Assembly: GCA_902797685.1 (NCBI GenBank)
Contig: CADBTQ010000007.1
Coordinates: forward strand, 7,290 to 71,289
Length of the DNA stretch: 64,000 nt
From: an uncultured Eubacteriales bacterium
GTDB lineage: Bacteria; Bacillota; Clostridia; Christensenellales; CAG-1252
Direction: 5' to 3'
In this document: in pieces, positions 54,689-64,000 of the stretch
Layout of the letters: every line of letters starts with the position of its first letter
How positions within the stretch are numbered: the stretch's first letter is position 1
Made by a program: the position numbers and the translations under genes
Notes under the pieces: model-generated
Told to the model about the DNA's origin: nothing
The model's input: the letters and a program-made list of their open reading frames with translations, nothing else
Databases searched by the model: none

Positions 54689-55321
54689 ATGATTAGCGTA
54701 AAAGTGTATGACAAAACTGCCAAAGAAGTAGGCAATATCCAAGTCAGCGAAGAGGTGTTCGGCCGCGATTTCAACGAGGCTTTGATCCACCAAGTCGTGG
54801 TTGCCCAGCTCGCCAATCGTCGTCAAGGCACCAAGAGCGCCCTCACCCGTACCGAAGTGCGCGGCGGCGGCAAAAAGCCCTGGAGACAAAAAGGCACCGG
54901 CAACGCCCGTCAAGGCAGCATCCGCGCTCCCCAATGGATCAAAGGCGGCGTGGTGTTCGCTCCCAAACCCCGCGACTTCTCCCAAAAGGTCAACAAGACC
55001 ATGCGTCGCCAAGCCATCAAGAGCGCTTTGTCCACTAAGTTGGCGGACGGCGAATTGACCGTGATCGACAACCTCAACCTCGAGGCCGCCAAGACCCGCG
55101 AAGCGCAAGCCATCCTCAACAACTTCGGCTTTGCCAAGAGGACCTTGATCGTCATCGACGGCGAAGATCAAAACTTGCTGCGCGCAACCAACAACATCCA
55201 AAACGTGACCTTGATCGACAGCGCTTTGCTCAACGTGTACGACATCGTCGCCAGCTACAACCTGTTGGTGACCAAAGCCGCCGTGGAAGCGATCGAAAAG
55301 GCATTAGGCGAGGAGGAATAA
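54689..55321 (+). CDS. rplD: 50S ribosomal protein L4
   Basis: ..GGGKKPWRQKGTGNARQGSIRAPQW.. Confidence 0.97.
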   Translation: MISVKVYDKTAKEVGNIQVSEEVFGRDFNEALIHQVVVAQLANRRQGTKSALTRTEVRGGGKKPWRQKGTGNARQGSIRAPQWIKGGVVFAPKPRDFSQKVNKTMRRQAIKSALSTKLADGELTVIDNLNLEAAKTREAQAILNNFGFAKRTLIVIDGEDQNLLRATNNIQNVTLIDSALLNVYDIVASYNLLVTKAAVEAIEKALGEEE

Positions 55322-55322
55322 T

Positions 55323-55613
55323 ATGAACAATCACGATATTATCATTCGTCCCGTGCTCAGCGAAAAGAGCTTTGAGGGAATTGCCGACAAAAAATACGTC
55401 TTTATCGTAGCTCCCAACGCTAACAAGACCGAGATCAAAAAGGCGGTCGAGGAAGTGTTCGGCGTAAGAGTGGCAAAAGTAAACACCGTCAATTACGACG
55501 GCAAAGTGAAAAGACGCGGCGCGTCGGTTGGCAAGAGAGCCGATTTCAAAAAGGCTTACGTCCAATTGACTGCCGACAGCAAATCTATCGAGTACTTCGA
55601 GAGTTTGACCTAA
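55323..55613 (+). CDS. rplW: 50S ribosomal protein L23
   Basis: ..IIIRPVLSEKSFEGI..; operon position. Confidence 0.95.
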   Translation: MNNHDIIIRPVLSEKSFEGIADKKYVFIVAPNANKTEIKKAVEEVFGVRVAKVNTVNYDGKVKRRGASVGKRADFKKAYVQLTADSKSIEYFESLT

Positions 55614-55624
55614 GGAGGTAGAAT

Positions 55625-56452
55625 ATGGCTATCAAGAAATACAAACCTACGTCTCCCGCTCGTCGTGGCATGTCGGTGTCTACCTTCGAGGAAATCACCA
55701 AAACCAAGCCCGAACGTAGCCTGATGGTCACCCTGCACAAGACCGGCGGTCGCAATGCGACGGGTCGTATCACGGTGCGCCACATCGGCGGCGGCAACAA
55801 AAAGAAATACAGAATCATCGACTTTAAGCGCAACAAGGACAACATCCCCGCCAAAGTCACCGCGATCGAATACGATCCCAACCGCACCGCCAACATCGCT
55901 TTGTTGACCTATGCGGACGGCGAAAAGAGATACATTCTCGCGCCCGTGGGCTTGAACGTCGGCGACACCGTGGAAAGCGGAGCGGACGTGGATATCAAAG
56001 TGGGTAACTGCTTGCCCTTGAGCTCCATTCCCGTCGGTACCTTCGTCCACAACATCGAGATGTATGCCGGTCGCGGCGGCGTGATCGCCCGCTCTGCCGG
56101 TATCGCCGCTCAGTTGATGGCAAAGGAAGCAAAAGGCGCTATCCTTCGTATGCCTTCGGGCGAAATGCGCTACATCCCCGCGGGCTGCCGCGCTACCATC
56201 GGTATGGTCGGCAACGTGGATAGCGAGATCGTCAACCTGGGCAAAGCGGGTCGTAAACGTCACATGGGCGTCCGTCCCACCGTCCGCGGTGTGGTCATGA
56301 ACCCCTGCGATCACCCCCACGGCGGCGGCGAAGGCAAATCCCCCATCGGTATGCCCAGCCCTGTCACTCCTTGGGGTAAGCCTGCTTTGGGTTACAAGAC
56401 CCGCAAAAAGAAGAAGGCCAGCAGCAAGATGATTATCAAGCGCATTAACTAG
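55625..56452 (+). CDS. rplB: 50S ribosomal protein L2
   Basis: [18 protein letters not shown]... Confidence 0.97.
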   Translation: MAIKKYKPTSPARRGMSVSTFEEITKTKPERSLMVTLHKTGGRNATGRITVRHIGGGNKKKYRIIDFKRNKDNIPAKVTAIEYDPNRTANIALLTYADGEKRYILAPVGLNVGDTVESGADVDIKVGNCLPLSSIPVGTFVHNIEMYAGRGGVIARSAGIAAQLMAKEAKGAILRMPSGEMRYIPAGCRATIGMVGNVDSEIVNLGKAGRKRHMGVRPTVRGVVMNPCDHPHGGGEGKSPIGMPSPVTPWGKPALGYKTRKKKKASSKMIIKRIN

Positions 56453-56462
56453 GAGGATTACA

Positions 56463-56744
56463 ATGAGTAGATCTGTTAAAAAAGGACCTTATGTTGAAGA
56501 AAGGTTGTTGAATAGAATCATTGATATGAACGAAGGCAAGAGCGAAAAGAAGGTCGTCAAGACCTGGTCCCGCGCTTCGACCATCTTCCCGGATATGATC
56601 GGTCACACGATCGCCGTCCACGACGGTCGCAAACACGTGCCTGTCTATATCACCGAAGATATGGTAGGTTGCAAGCTCGGCGAGTTTGCTCCCACCCGTA
56701 CGTTCAAAGGTCACGCCGGCTCCAAATCCGCCGGTGCCAAATAA
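56463..56744 (+). CDS. rpsS: 30S ribosomal protein S19
   Basis: [16 protein letters not shown]... Confidence 0.97.
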   Translation: MSRSVKKGPYVEERLLNRIIDMNEGKSEKKVVKTWSRASTIFPDMIGHTIAVHDGRKHVPVYITEDMVGCKLGEFAPTRTFKGHAGSKSAGAK

Positions 56745-56758
56745 GGAGGTAGCACACT

Positions 56759-57148
56759 ATGGCAACAAGAATGAAAGAAAAGGCAGAAGCTCGTAAGCAA
56801 AACGCAGACCTTCGCCCCCATGCTACCGCCAAATACATCCGCATTTCCCCCTTCAAGGTGAGAGTTGTGTTGGACGTCATCAGAGGCAAGAGCTACACCG
56901 AAGCGGTGGCTATCCTCAAAAACACCAACAAAGCCGCGTCGGCAGACATCCTCAAGGTGCTCAATTCCGCCGCCGCCAACGCCGAAAACAACCAAAACCT
57001 GTCGAAGAGCGACTTGTACGTAGCAGAGTGCTTCGCCGGTCAAGGCCCCACTCTCAAGAGGATCCAACCCGTGTCCAAAGGCCGCGCTCACCGCATCCTC
57101 AAGCGTACCAGCCACATCACCGTCATCCTTGACGTCAAGAACAATTAA
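56759..57148 (+). CDS. rplV: 50S ribosomal protein L22
   Basis: ..[23 protein letters not shown].. Confidence 0.95.
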   Translation: MATRMKEKAEARKQNADLRPHATAKYIRISPFKVRVVLDVIRGKSYTEAVAILKNTNKAASADILKVLNSAAANAENNQNLSKSDLYVAECFAGQGPTLKRIQPVSKGRAHRILKRTSHITVILDVKNN

Positions 57149-57158
57149 GGAGGAAATC

Positions 57159-57914
57159 ATGGGACAAAAAGTTAATCCTAACGGTTTGAGAATCGGTGTC
57201 AACAAGGAATGGGAAGCCAAATGGTTTGCCGGCAAAAAGAACTTTAGCGAGTACCTTGTTGAGGACGTAGCAATCCGTAACTACATCAAAAACGTGTACA
57301 AACCCGCTCCTTTGACCAAGGAAACCCCCGTGGCAGAGGGCGAAAACCAAGACGCGAGACCCCAACGCAAATTGGACGACCGTCCCCGCATCAGCAAGAT
57401 CGTCGTCGAGCGTTGCGATCAATACATCAAGGTCAAAGTGTTCACCGGTCGTCCCGGCTTGTTGATCGGCAAAGAGGGTAGCGGTGTGGAAGCATTGTCC
57501 AACGCGGTCAAAAAGATCTGCAAAGACAAGGGTCACACTTATCCCAACTACTTGATCGAGTTCGTGGCGGTCAAGACCGTGGACGCGGACGCTCAATTGG
57601 TGGCGGAAGAGATCGCCAACCAAATCGAAAAGAGAGTCAGCTTCCGTCGGGCGATGAAGATGAGCATGAAGCGCGCCATGCAATCGGGCGCGAAAGGTAT
57701 CAAGACCATGGTCAGCGGTCGTTTGGACGGCGCGGAGATCGCGCGTACCGAGCAATACCACGACGGCAGTATCCCCCTGCAAACCTTGCGTGCGGATATC
57801 GACTACGGTTTTGCGGAGGCAAGCACCACTTACGGTCGTATCGGCGTCAAGTGCTGGATCTACCACGGTGAAGTGTTTGGCAAGAAAGCAGAGAAGAAAG
57901 GAGGCGAAGCGTAA
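57159..57914 (+). CDS. rpsC: 30S ribosomal protein S3 (with an internal insertion of about 25 aa)
   Basis: [23 protein letters not shown]..., start behind AAGGAGG. It carries the extra segment [29 protein letters not shown]. Confidence 0.95.
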   Translation: MGQKVNPNGLRIGVNKEWEAKWFAGKKNFSEYLVEDVAIRNYIKNVYKPAPLTKETPVAEGENQDARPQRKLDDRPRISKIVVERCDQYIKVKVFTGRPGLLIGKEGSGVEALSNAVKKICKDKGHTYPNYLIEFVAVKTVDADAQLVAEEIANQIEKRVSFRRAMKMSMKRAMQSGAKGIKTMVSGRLDGAEIARTEQYHDGSIPLQTLRADIDYGFAEASTTYGRIGVKCWIYHGEVFGKKAEKKGGEA

Positions 57915-57916
57915 TT

Positions 57917-58348
57917 ATGTTAATGCCTAAGAGAGTTAAGAGAAGACGTCAGGCTCGCGGCCGTATGAAGGGCACCGCCCATCGCGGCAACGTGATCGCT
58001 TACGGCGAGTACGGTCTTGTCGCCGCCGAGTGCGGTTGGATCACGAGTAATCAAATTGAGGCAGCGCGTATCGCCATGACCAGATTTACCAAGCGTGGCG
58101 GTCAAGTGTGGATCGACATCTTCCCCCACAAGCCTATCACCAAAAAGCCCGCTGAGACCCGTATGGGTAGCGGTAAAGGTAGCGTGGAATACTGGGTCGC
58201 CGTCGTCAAACCGGGCAGAGTTATGTTCGAAATGGGCGGCGTGAGCGAAGAAGTGGCGCGCGAAGCGTTGAGATTGGCATCTCACAAACTTCCTGTCAAA
58301 TGCAAGATCGTCAAGAAGGACGAAATCGAAGAAGGCGGTGACGAATAA
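57917..58348 (+). CDS. rplP: 50S ribosomal protein L16
   Basis: [19 protein letters not shown]... Confidence 0.97.
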   Translation: MLMPKRVKRRRQARGRMKGTAHRGNVIAYGEYGLVAAECGWITSNQIEAARIAMTRFTKRGGQVWIDIFPHKPITKKPAETRMGSGKGSVEYWVAVVKPGRVMFEMGGVSEEVAREALRLASHKLPVKCKIVKKDEIEEGGDE

Positions 58349-58572
58349 TGAAAGCTTCTGAATATGCAAAAAAGAGTACGGCCGATTTGCAAAACGAATT
58401 GACCAAGTTGAAAGCCCAATTGTTCAACCTCCGTTTCCAATTGGCGGCAGGACAGCTCGCCAACAACGCGCTTTTGAACGCTTGCAAAAAGGATATCGCG
58501 AGAGTAAGCACTATCCTTCGTCAACGCGAACTCAATATCGCCGAGGAACCCGCTAAGGGCAAGAAGGCGTAA
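58348..58572 (+). CDS. rpmC: 50S ribosomal protein L29
   Basis: ..LQNELTKLKAQLFNLRFQLAAGQL.. Confidence 0.95.
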   Translation: MKASEYAKKSTADLQNELTKLKAQLFNLRFQLAAGQLANNALLNACKKDIARVSTILRQRELNIAEEPAKGKKA

Positions 58573-58585
58573 TAGGAGGTAGACT

Positions 58586-58846
58586 ATGGCTATCGAGAGA
58601 AATTTGAGAAAAACCAGAGTGGGTGTCGTCGTCAGCGACAAAATGGACAAAACCGTGGTCGTGGCACTCGATGTGAAGTACAAACACCCTCTTTACAAAA
58701 AGACCGTTAAAGTGACCAAGAGATACAAGGCTCATGACGAAAACAACGAGTGCAACGTGGGTGACACGGTGGAGATCGCCGAGACCCGTCGCTTGTCCGC
58801 CGACAAGAATTGGCGCGTTGTCCGCATCATCACGAGAGCTAAGTAA
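58586..58846 (+). CDS. rpsQ: 30S ribosomal protein S17
   Basis: ..[19 protein letters not shown].. Confidence 0.96.
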   Translation: MAIERNLRKTRVGVVVSDKMDKTVVVALDVKYKHPLYKKTVKVTKRYKAHDENNECNVGDTVEIAETRRLSADKNWRVVRIITRAK

Positions 58847-58860
58847 GGAGGAATTGGAAT

Positions 58861-59229
58861 ATGATTCAACCCCAATCGAGATTGATTGCAGCCGACAACA
58901 CCGGCGCTAAAGTAATTCAATGTATCAAAGTGATGGGCGGCTCCTTCCGTAAGTTCGGCAACATCGGCGACGTGATCGTGGCGTCCGTTAAGACCGCGAC
59001 CCCCGGTGGCACCGTCAAGAAGGGCGACGTCGTCAAGGCAGTGATCGTGCGCACCACCAAGGGCGTCGGTCGTCCCGACGGCAGCCACATTCGTTTTGAC
59101 GACAACGCGGCAGTCATCATTGACTCGCAAAAACAACCCCGCGGCACCCGTATCTTTGGGCCCATCGCTCGCGAACTGAGAGATAAAGACTACATGAAGA
59201 TTATCTCTTTGGCGCCCGAAGTTCTGTAA
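58861..59229 (+). CDS. rplN: 50S ribosomal protein L14
   Basis: [17 protein letters not shown]... Confidence 0.97.
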   Translation: MIQPQSRLIAADNTGAKVIQCIKVMGGSFRKFGNIGDVIVASVKTATPGGTVKKGDVVKAVIVRTTKGVGRPDGSHIRFDDNAAVIIDSQKQPRGTRIFGPIARELRDKDYMKIISLAPEVL

Positions 59230-59239
59230 GGAGGAGAGT

Positions 59240-59623
59240 ATGGAAATCAAGAAAGGTGATGCAGTAAAAATTATTGCCGGCAAAGACAAAGGTCAAACCG
59301 GTGAAGTCATCCGCGTACTCCCCAAGGACAACAAGATCGTGGTCGACGGCGTCAACAAGGTATTCAAGAGCGTACGCCCCCGCAGTGCCAACGAAAAAGG
59401 CGGCATCGTGGAACAACCCGCTCCCTTTGACGCAAGCAACGCCATGTTGATTTGTCCCGCTTGCCACGAAGCGACTCGCGTGTCTCACGCGGACGTCGAC
59501 GGTCGCAAAGTGCGTATCTGCAAACATTGCGGCGCCAACATCGACGAAAAAGCCGGCAAGGGCAAAGCTACGGCCAAGAAAGCCGCTCGTAAAGCGGCTC
59601 GCAAGGCTGACGACAAAGAGTAA
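59240..59623 (+). CDS. rplX: 50S ribosomal protein L24 (CxxC...CxxC variant with a K/A-rich tail)
   Basis: MEIKKGDAVKIIAGKDKGQTGEV..; contains CPACHE...CKHCG. Confidence 0.93.
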   Translation: MEIKKGDAVKIIAGKDKGQTGEVIRVLPKDNKIVVDGVNKVFKSVRPRSANEKGGIVEQPAPFDASNAMLICPACHEATRVSHADVDGRKVRICKHCGANIDEKAGKGKATAKKAARKAARKADDKE

Positions 59624-59637
59624 GTCGGAGGTAGACT

Positions 59638-60258
59638 ATGGCAGACAAAAAGAAAGAGAACAAGGTCCAAGCAGCCAAAGCTACTGCTGCTGTGGCCAAA
59701 GCAAGTGATAATCGCGAGTACAGACTCAAAACCCTGTACAACAACGAAGTCGCCCCCGCTTTGCAAAAGAAGTTTGGTTATACCAACGTGCACCAGATCC
59801 CCCGTCTCGAGAAGATCGTCTTGAACATGGGCTTGGGCGACGTCAAAGACAATGCCAAATCCTTCCAATTGGCGGTGGAGGAAATGACCCAGATCGCTGG
59901 TCAAAAACCCATCATCACCAAAGCGCGTAAGAGCGTGGCTAACTTCAAGATCCGCGAAGGTATGGACGTAGGTTGCAAGGTGACCTTGCGCGGCGCGAGA
60001 ATGTACGACTTCCTCGACAAATTGATGAACGTCGTGCTGCCCCGTGTGCGTGACTTCAAGGGTGTACCCACCAAGTCGTTCGACGGCCGCGGTTCGTACG
60101 CTATGGGCGTCAAAGAACAGTTGATCTTCCCCGAAATCAACTATGAGCAAGTGGAAAAGATCAGAGGTATGGACATCTGCATCGTGACCAGTGCCAAGAC
60201 CGACGAGGAAGCTAAGGAACTGTTGACCCTCATGGGAATGCCCTTCGCTCGCAACTAA
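59638..60258 (+). CDS. rplE: 50S ribosomal protein L5 (with an N-terminal K/A-rich extension)
   Basis: ..[37 protein letters not shown].. Confidence 0.95.
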   Translation: MADKKKENKVQAAKATAAVAKASDNREYRLKTLYNNEVAPALQKKFGYTNVHQIPRLEKIVLNMGLGDVKDNAKSFQLAVEEMTQIAGQKPIITKARKSVANFKIREGMDVGCKVTLRGARMYDFLDKLMNVVLPRVRDFKGVPTKSFDGRGSYAMGVKEQLIFPEINYEQVEKIRGMDICIVTSAKTDEEAKELLTLMGMPFARN

Positions 60259-60272
60259 TGGAGGAATGAGTT

Positions 60273-60458
60273 ATGGCAAAAACATCTTTGAAAAATAAAC
60301 AACAGAGACCTGCGAAATACGCCGTGCGCGCTTACACCCGTTGCAAGCTCTGCGGTCGTCCGCACGCTGTTTTGAGAAAATACGGTATTTGCAGAGTTTG
60401 CTTCCGTGAGTTGGCGTACAAAGGGGAGATCCCCGGCGTCAAGAAAGCAAGCTGGTAA
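60273..60458 (+). CDS. rpsZ: 30S ribosomal protein S14 type Z (zinc-binding)
   Basis: 61 aa; [20 protein letters not shown]. Confidence 0.95.
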   Translation: MAKTSLKNKQQRPAKYAVRAYTRCKLCGRPHAVLRKYGICRVCFRELAYKGEIPGVKKASW

Positions 60459-60469
60459 GGAGGTAGACT

Positions 60470-60871
60470 ATGTTCGTAACAGATCCCGTAGCAGATATGC
60501 TTACAAGAATCAGGAACGCGTTGACCGCCAAACATCCCACCGTGGACATCCCCCGCTCCCGCGCCAAGATCGCGGTTGCCAATATCCTCAAAGAGGAAGG
60601 GTATGTCGCCGACGTGGAGTTGGTGGGCAACGAGGACTATACCGGTGTGATCCGCATTACTTTGAAATACGGTCCCAACGGTCAAAAAGTCATCAGCGGC
60701 TTGCGCCGTATCAGCAAACCCGGCTTGCGCGTGTACGCCAGTGCGGACGAGCTCCCCAAAGTGTTGGGCGGCTTGGGCATCGCCATCATCAGTACCAACA
60801 AAGGTATCATGACCGACAAGGCTGCCCGCTCCGCCAAGTTGGGCGGCGAAGTCATGGCTTACGTGTGGTAA
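60470..60871 (+). CDS. rpsH: 30S ribosomal protein S8
   Basis: ..[14 protein letters not shown].. Confidence 0.97.
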   Translation: MFVTDPVADMLTRIRNALTAKHPTVDIPRSRAKIAVANILKEEGYVADVELVGNEDYTGVIRITLKYGPNGQKVISGLRRISKPGLRVYASADELPKVLGGLGIAIISTNKGIMTDKAARSAKLGGEVMAYVW

Positions 60872-60884
60872 GGAGGTAGGAACT

Positions 60885-61430
60885 ATGAGTAGAATCGGAA
60901 GACAACCCGTAGAAATCCCTGCCGGCGTCACCGTCACCCTCGGCGAGGGCAACGTCGTGACCGTCAAAGGTCCCTTGGGCACCTTGACCCGCACCTTCGA
61001 CCCCGCTATGACCATCTCTATCGACGGCAACGTGCTCCACGTGACTCGTTCCAGCGATACCAAAAAGGTCGCCGCGTTGCACGGTCTGACCCGCGTGTTG
61101 ATCCACAATATGATCTTGGGCGTGAGCAAAGGCTTCGAAAAGGTCATGGTCGTCAACGGCGTAGGTTACAAAGTCGCGCAAACCAACCCCACCACCGTCA
61201 CCTTCACCGTGGGTTACTCCCACACCGTGGACGTCGTCGCTCCCAAAGGCATCGAGCTCAAAGCGCTCAGCGCTACCGAAGTTTCGGTCAAGGGTATCGA
61301 CAAAGAATTGGTGGGTCAAACCGCTGCCAACATCAAACGCATCAGGATTCCCGACGCTTTCCACCTCTACGGCATCCGCTATAAGGATGAAGTGCTGGTC
61401 AAGAAAGAAGTCAAGAAAGCCGGTAAATAA
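60885..61430 (+). CDS. rplF: 50S ribosomal protein L6
   Basis: MSRIGRQPVEIPAGVTV... Confidence 0.97.
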   Translation: MSRIGRQPVEIPAGVTVTLGEGNVVTVKGPLGTLTRTFDPAMTISIDGNVLHVTRSSDTKKVAALHGLTRVLIHNMILGVSKGFEKVMVVNGVGYKVAQTNPTTVTFTVGYSHTVDVVAPKGIELKALSATEVSVKGIDKELVGQTAANIKRIRIPDAFHLYGIRYKDEVLVKKEVKKAGK

Positions 61431-61442
61431 GGAGAGTAGGAT

Positions 61443-61811
61443 ATGATTAGCAAAATTGACAAGAATGCCGAGAGAGTAAAAAGGCATAAGAGAATCAGAA
61501 ATAGAATATCCGGTACCCAAGAAAGACCCCGTCTGAGCGTTTATCGCAGCGAAAAGCACATCTACGCCCAAATCATCGACGACGTCGCCGGCAAGACCCT
61601 GGTCGCCGCCAGCACCGTCGAAAAAGCCATCGCCGAGCAAATCGGCGAGTTGGCCAAAAAGGACGCCGCCAAAGTGGTGGGCAAAGCTCTGGCCGAAAAA
61701 GCCTTGGCTGCCGGCATCAAAGAGGTCGTGTTCGACCGTGGCGGTTATCTCTACATGGGTCGCGTGCAATCTTTGGCAGAAGGCGCCAGAGAGGGCGGAC
61801 TTGAGTTCTAA
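61443..61811 (+). CDS. rplR: 50S ribosomal protein L18
   Basis: ..[20 protein letters not shown].. Confidence 0.96.
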   Translation: MISKIDKNAERVKRHKRIRNRISGTQERPRLSVYRSEKHIYAQIIDDVAGKTLVAASTVEKAIAEQIGELAKKDAAKVVGKALAEKALAAGIKEVVFDRGGYLYMGRVQSLAEGAREGGLEF

Positions 61812-61825
61812 GGAGGACGATCGAT

Positions 61826-62359
61826 ATGGCAAGACAAGAAAAATTTGCAAGACACGAACAAAGCGAGTTCGACAAAGTTACCATTTCGATGAACCGCGTT
61901 ACCAAGGTCGTTAAGGGTGGTAAAAACACCCGTCAAGCCGCTTTGGTGTGCGTGGGTGACAAAAAGGGCCGTGTCGGATTGGGCATGGGCAAAGCCGCCG
62001 AGGCCGTGGACGCCATCAACAAGGCGGAGACCGCCGCTAAGCACAATATGTTTGCCGTCCCCATGGTAGGCACTACCATTCCTCACGAGATCATCGGTAA
62101 GTTCGGTAGTGGCAGCGTGTTGCTGCTTCCCGCCGAGGAAGGTACCGGTGTTATTGCGGGTGGTCCCGTGCGTGCGGTGTTGGAAATGGCGGGTATCCAA
62201 GATATCCGTACCAAATCCTTGGGCAGCAACAACCCCATCAACTGCGCCAAAGCCACCATCGCCGGTTTGCAAGCTCTGCGTACCGCCGAGCAGATCGCCG
62301 CTCTCCGCGGCAAGTCCGTGGAAGAGGTCGCTTCCTTGACTTTGGTCGAGAAGAAGTAA
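61826..62359 (+). CDS. rpsE: 30S ribosomal protein S5
   Basis: ..[17 protein letters not shown].. Confidence 0.96.
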   Translation: MARQEKFARHEQSEFDKVTISMNRVTKVVKGGKNTRQAALVCVGDKKGRVGLGMGKAAEAVDAINKAETAAKHNMFAVPMVGTTIPHEIIGKFGSGSVLLLPAEEGTGVIAGGPVRAVLEMAGIQDIRTKSLGSNNPINCAKATIAGLQALRTAEQIAALRGKSVEEVASLTLVEKK

Positions 62360-62369
62360 GGAGGGAGAT

Positions 62370-62552
62370 ATGGCTCAAATCAAAATCACATTGGTAAAAA
62401 GCACCATCGGTGCTCTCAAAAATCAAAAGGCTACCGTCAAGGCGTTGGGTCTGCATAAGACCAACAGCTCGGTCGTGCGTGAAGACAACGACGTGACCCG
62501 CGGTATGATCAAGGTCGTCTCCCACCTCGTCAAGGTGGAAAACGCCGACTAA
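62370..62552 (+). CDS. rpmD: 50S ribosomal protein L30
   Basis: [28 protein letters not shown]... Confidence 0.95.
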   Translation: MAQIKITLVKSTIGALKNQKATVKALGLHKTNSSVVREDNDVTRGMIKVVSHLVKVENAD

Positions 62553-62567
62553 GGAAGGAGGTAGACT

Positions 62568-63014
62568 ATGAAATTGAACGAATTGTCTAATCCCGACGCT
62601 AAGCAAAGCAAAAAGAGATTGGGTCGTGGTATCGGCTCGGGGCTCGGCAAGACCAGCGGCAAAGGCCACAAAGGTCAATGGGCTCGTTCGGGCGGCGGCG
62701 TCCGTCCCGGGTTCGAAGGCGGCCAAATGCCTTTGACCCGTCGTATCCCCAAACGCGGCTTTACCAACATCTTCAAGAAAGAGTATACCGTCATCAACGT
62801 CGGCAAACTCAACGAGTTGTTTGAAGCAGGCGAAACCGTGACCGCTCAAAGCATCGTGGAAAAGGGTTACATCGCCCAAATCGCTCCCTACGGACTCAAA
62901 GTCTTGGGCGGCGGCGAATTGAGCAAAGCCCTCACCGTGCAAGCAGCCCAATTCAGCGACAGCGCCAAAGCGGCTATCGAGGCCGCAGGCGGCAAGGCGG
63001 AAGAGGTAAAGTAA
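62568..63014 (+). CDS. rplO: 50S ribosomal protein L15
   Basis: [37 protein letters not shown]... Confidence 0.96.
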   Translation: MKLNELSNPDAKQSKKRLGRGIGSGLGKTSGKGHKGQWARSGGGVRPGFEGGQMPLTRRIPKRGFTNIFKKEYTVINVGKLNELFEAGETVTAQSIVEKGYIAQIAPYGLKVLGGGELSKALTVQAAQFSDSAKAAIEAAGGKAEEVK

Positions 63015-63015
63015 G

Positions 63016-64000
63016 ATGTTCTTAACGTTGAAAAATGCCTTCGCAGAGAAGGGAATAAGGAAAAAGTTATTGATGACGCTGCTGTTGCTGTTGCTTTTCA
63101 GACTCGGCAGCTTCATCCCCATCCCCGGCCTCTCTCCGAGTGCTTTCGGCAATTTGGCTACCAACGATTTCTTCAGCGTCATGTCGACGATCACCGGTGG
63201 CAACTTGGAGCAAGGCACGCTGTTTGCCTTGGGCATCCTGCCGTATATCAACGCTTCGATTATCATGCAGTTGTTGACCTTGATCATTCCTCCCTTGGAG
63301 AGATTGTCCAAGCAAGGGGAAGAAGGTCGCCGTAAGATGACCCAGATCACTCGCTACGCGTCCATCGTGTTGGCGATCGTGCAGGGCATCGGTATCGCTA
63401 TCACCTGGTACAACACCGTTCCTTCGGGCGGCGCCGCTCACGACTACATCACTCCGATGTTCGCTATTGGCGGCAACGGCTCGACCGTCGGCTTCGCGTT
63501 CAGTTTGATGATCATCATCCTGACCATGGTCGCGGGTAGCTGTATCGTCATGTGGCTCGCCGACCTCATCACCGAATTCGGTGTGGGCAACGGTGCGTCC
63601 TTGATCATCTTCGCAGGTATTTTGGTCGGTTTCGCTTCCGGTTTCATCGACGAGATGAAGTTGGTGTCGGGCGACGTGACCCAAATCTGGCGCGTGTTGT
63701 TGTACTTGGCGGTCGTCGTGATCGTGTTCGTGTTCATTATCTTTATCGATATGGCGCAACGCAACATCACCGTGCAATACGCCAAACAAGTCAAGGGCAA
63801 CAAGATGTACGGCGGACAAAGCACGCATATCCCCATCAAGGTCAATGCGTCCGGCGTCATGCCCATCATCTTCGCCAGCTCCTTCCTGATGTTCCCCCAA
63901 CTGATCGGCAGCTTGATCAACAACGGTCAAAACGCCTTCTACATTTGGTGGCAACAATACCTCGGAGTAGGTACTTGGGCGTATAGCGTACTGATGGCGC
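63016..64000 (+). CDS. secY: Preprotein translocase subunit SecY (5' part; continues beyond the window)
   Basis: Hand translation from the ATG at 63016: MFLTLKNAFAEKGIRKKLLMTLLLLLLFRLGSFIPIPGL...GTLFALGILPYINASIIMQLLT... It has no stop in the window and so is absent from the ORF track. Confidence 0.9.
   Translation, partial: MFLTLKNAFAEKGIRKKLLMTLLLLLLFRLGSFIPIPGLSPSAFGNLATNDFFSVMSTITGGNLEQGTLFALGILPYINASIIMQLLTLIIPPLERLSKQGEEGRRKMTQITRYASIVLAIVQGIGIAITWYNTVPSGGAAHDYITPMFAIGGNGSTVGFAFSLMIIILTMVAGSCIVMWLADLITEFGVGNGASLIIFAGILVGFASGFIDEMKLVSGDVTQIWRVLLYLAVVVIVFVFIIFIDMAQRNITVQYAKQVKGNKMYGGQSTHIPIKVNASGVMPIIFASSFLMFPQLIGSLINNGQNAFYIWWQQYLGVGTWAYSVLMA

Overview
Chromosomal window from a moderately GC-rich bacterium. 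The gene order looks Firmicutes/Clostridia-like (L7Ae-like gene, rpsL, rpsG, fusA, tuf; an S10-spc operon ending in secY; strong AGGAGG ribosome-binding sites), but this is inference only. Left to right, the core genes are: exopolysaccharide-type genes (an Fe-S/FrhB-like + pyruvyl-transferase fusion, a GT2-HAD fusion, a Big_2/VanZ membrane protein); guaB-fhs-folD; pmbA-tldD; two tandem paralogous lipoprotein genes, the upstream one fragmented, behind a G15/A13 homopolymer pair; a GtrA-like gene; the str operon; rnr-smpB; a Fic protein; a GNAT; a PRTase; a four-helix-bundle (23S-IVS/Avd-family) gene; proS; an M20 dipeptidase; uppP; ychF; argS. An accessory stretch follows. It holds a 1.55-kb AT-richer insertion bounded by a perfect 60-bp duplication of the argS 3' end (XRE repressor + SHOCT membrane protein), and a UvrD/PcrA-like helicase. 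It also holds two AT-richer gene cassettes with repeat-to-repeat spacings of 1380 and 2646 bp, each preceded by the same promoter+leader repeat. It ends with a TetR/GPH-transporter/GT-B operon and a lipoprotein + 1217-aa GLUG-like surface-protein module. The window ends with the S10-spc ribosomal operon and the 5' part of secY. The most unusual signal is non-coding: modular hairpin arrays in which short conserved linkers (ATGATATA/TATATCAT, GCGATATAT/ATATCGC, RTGATGT) alternate with short GC stem-loops of differing sequence. Three copies of a ~255-290 bp element of this kind occur. Related arrays flank the four-helix-bundle gene as inverted arms and follow the displaced argS 3' end. Two of the accessory islands abut these arrays. 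No tRNA, rRNA, CRISPR array, transposase or integrase was recognised. Everything was done by eye: hairpin and promoter coordinates may be off by 1-2 nt, GC differences were judged visually, and family assignments come from remembered motifs rather than searches.
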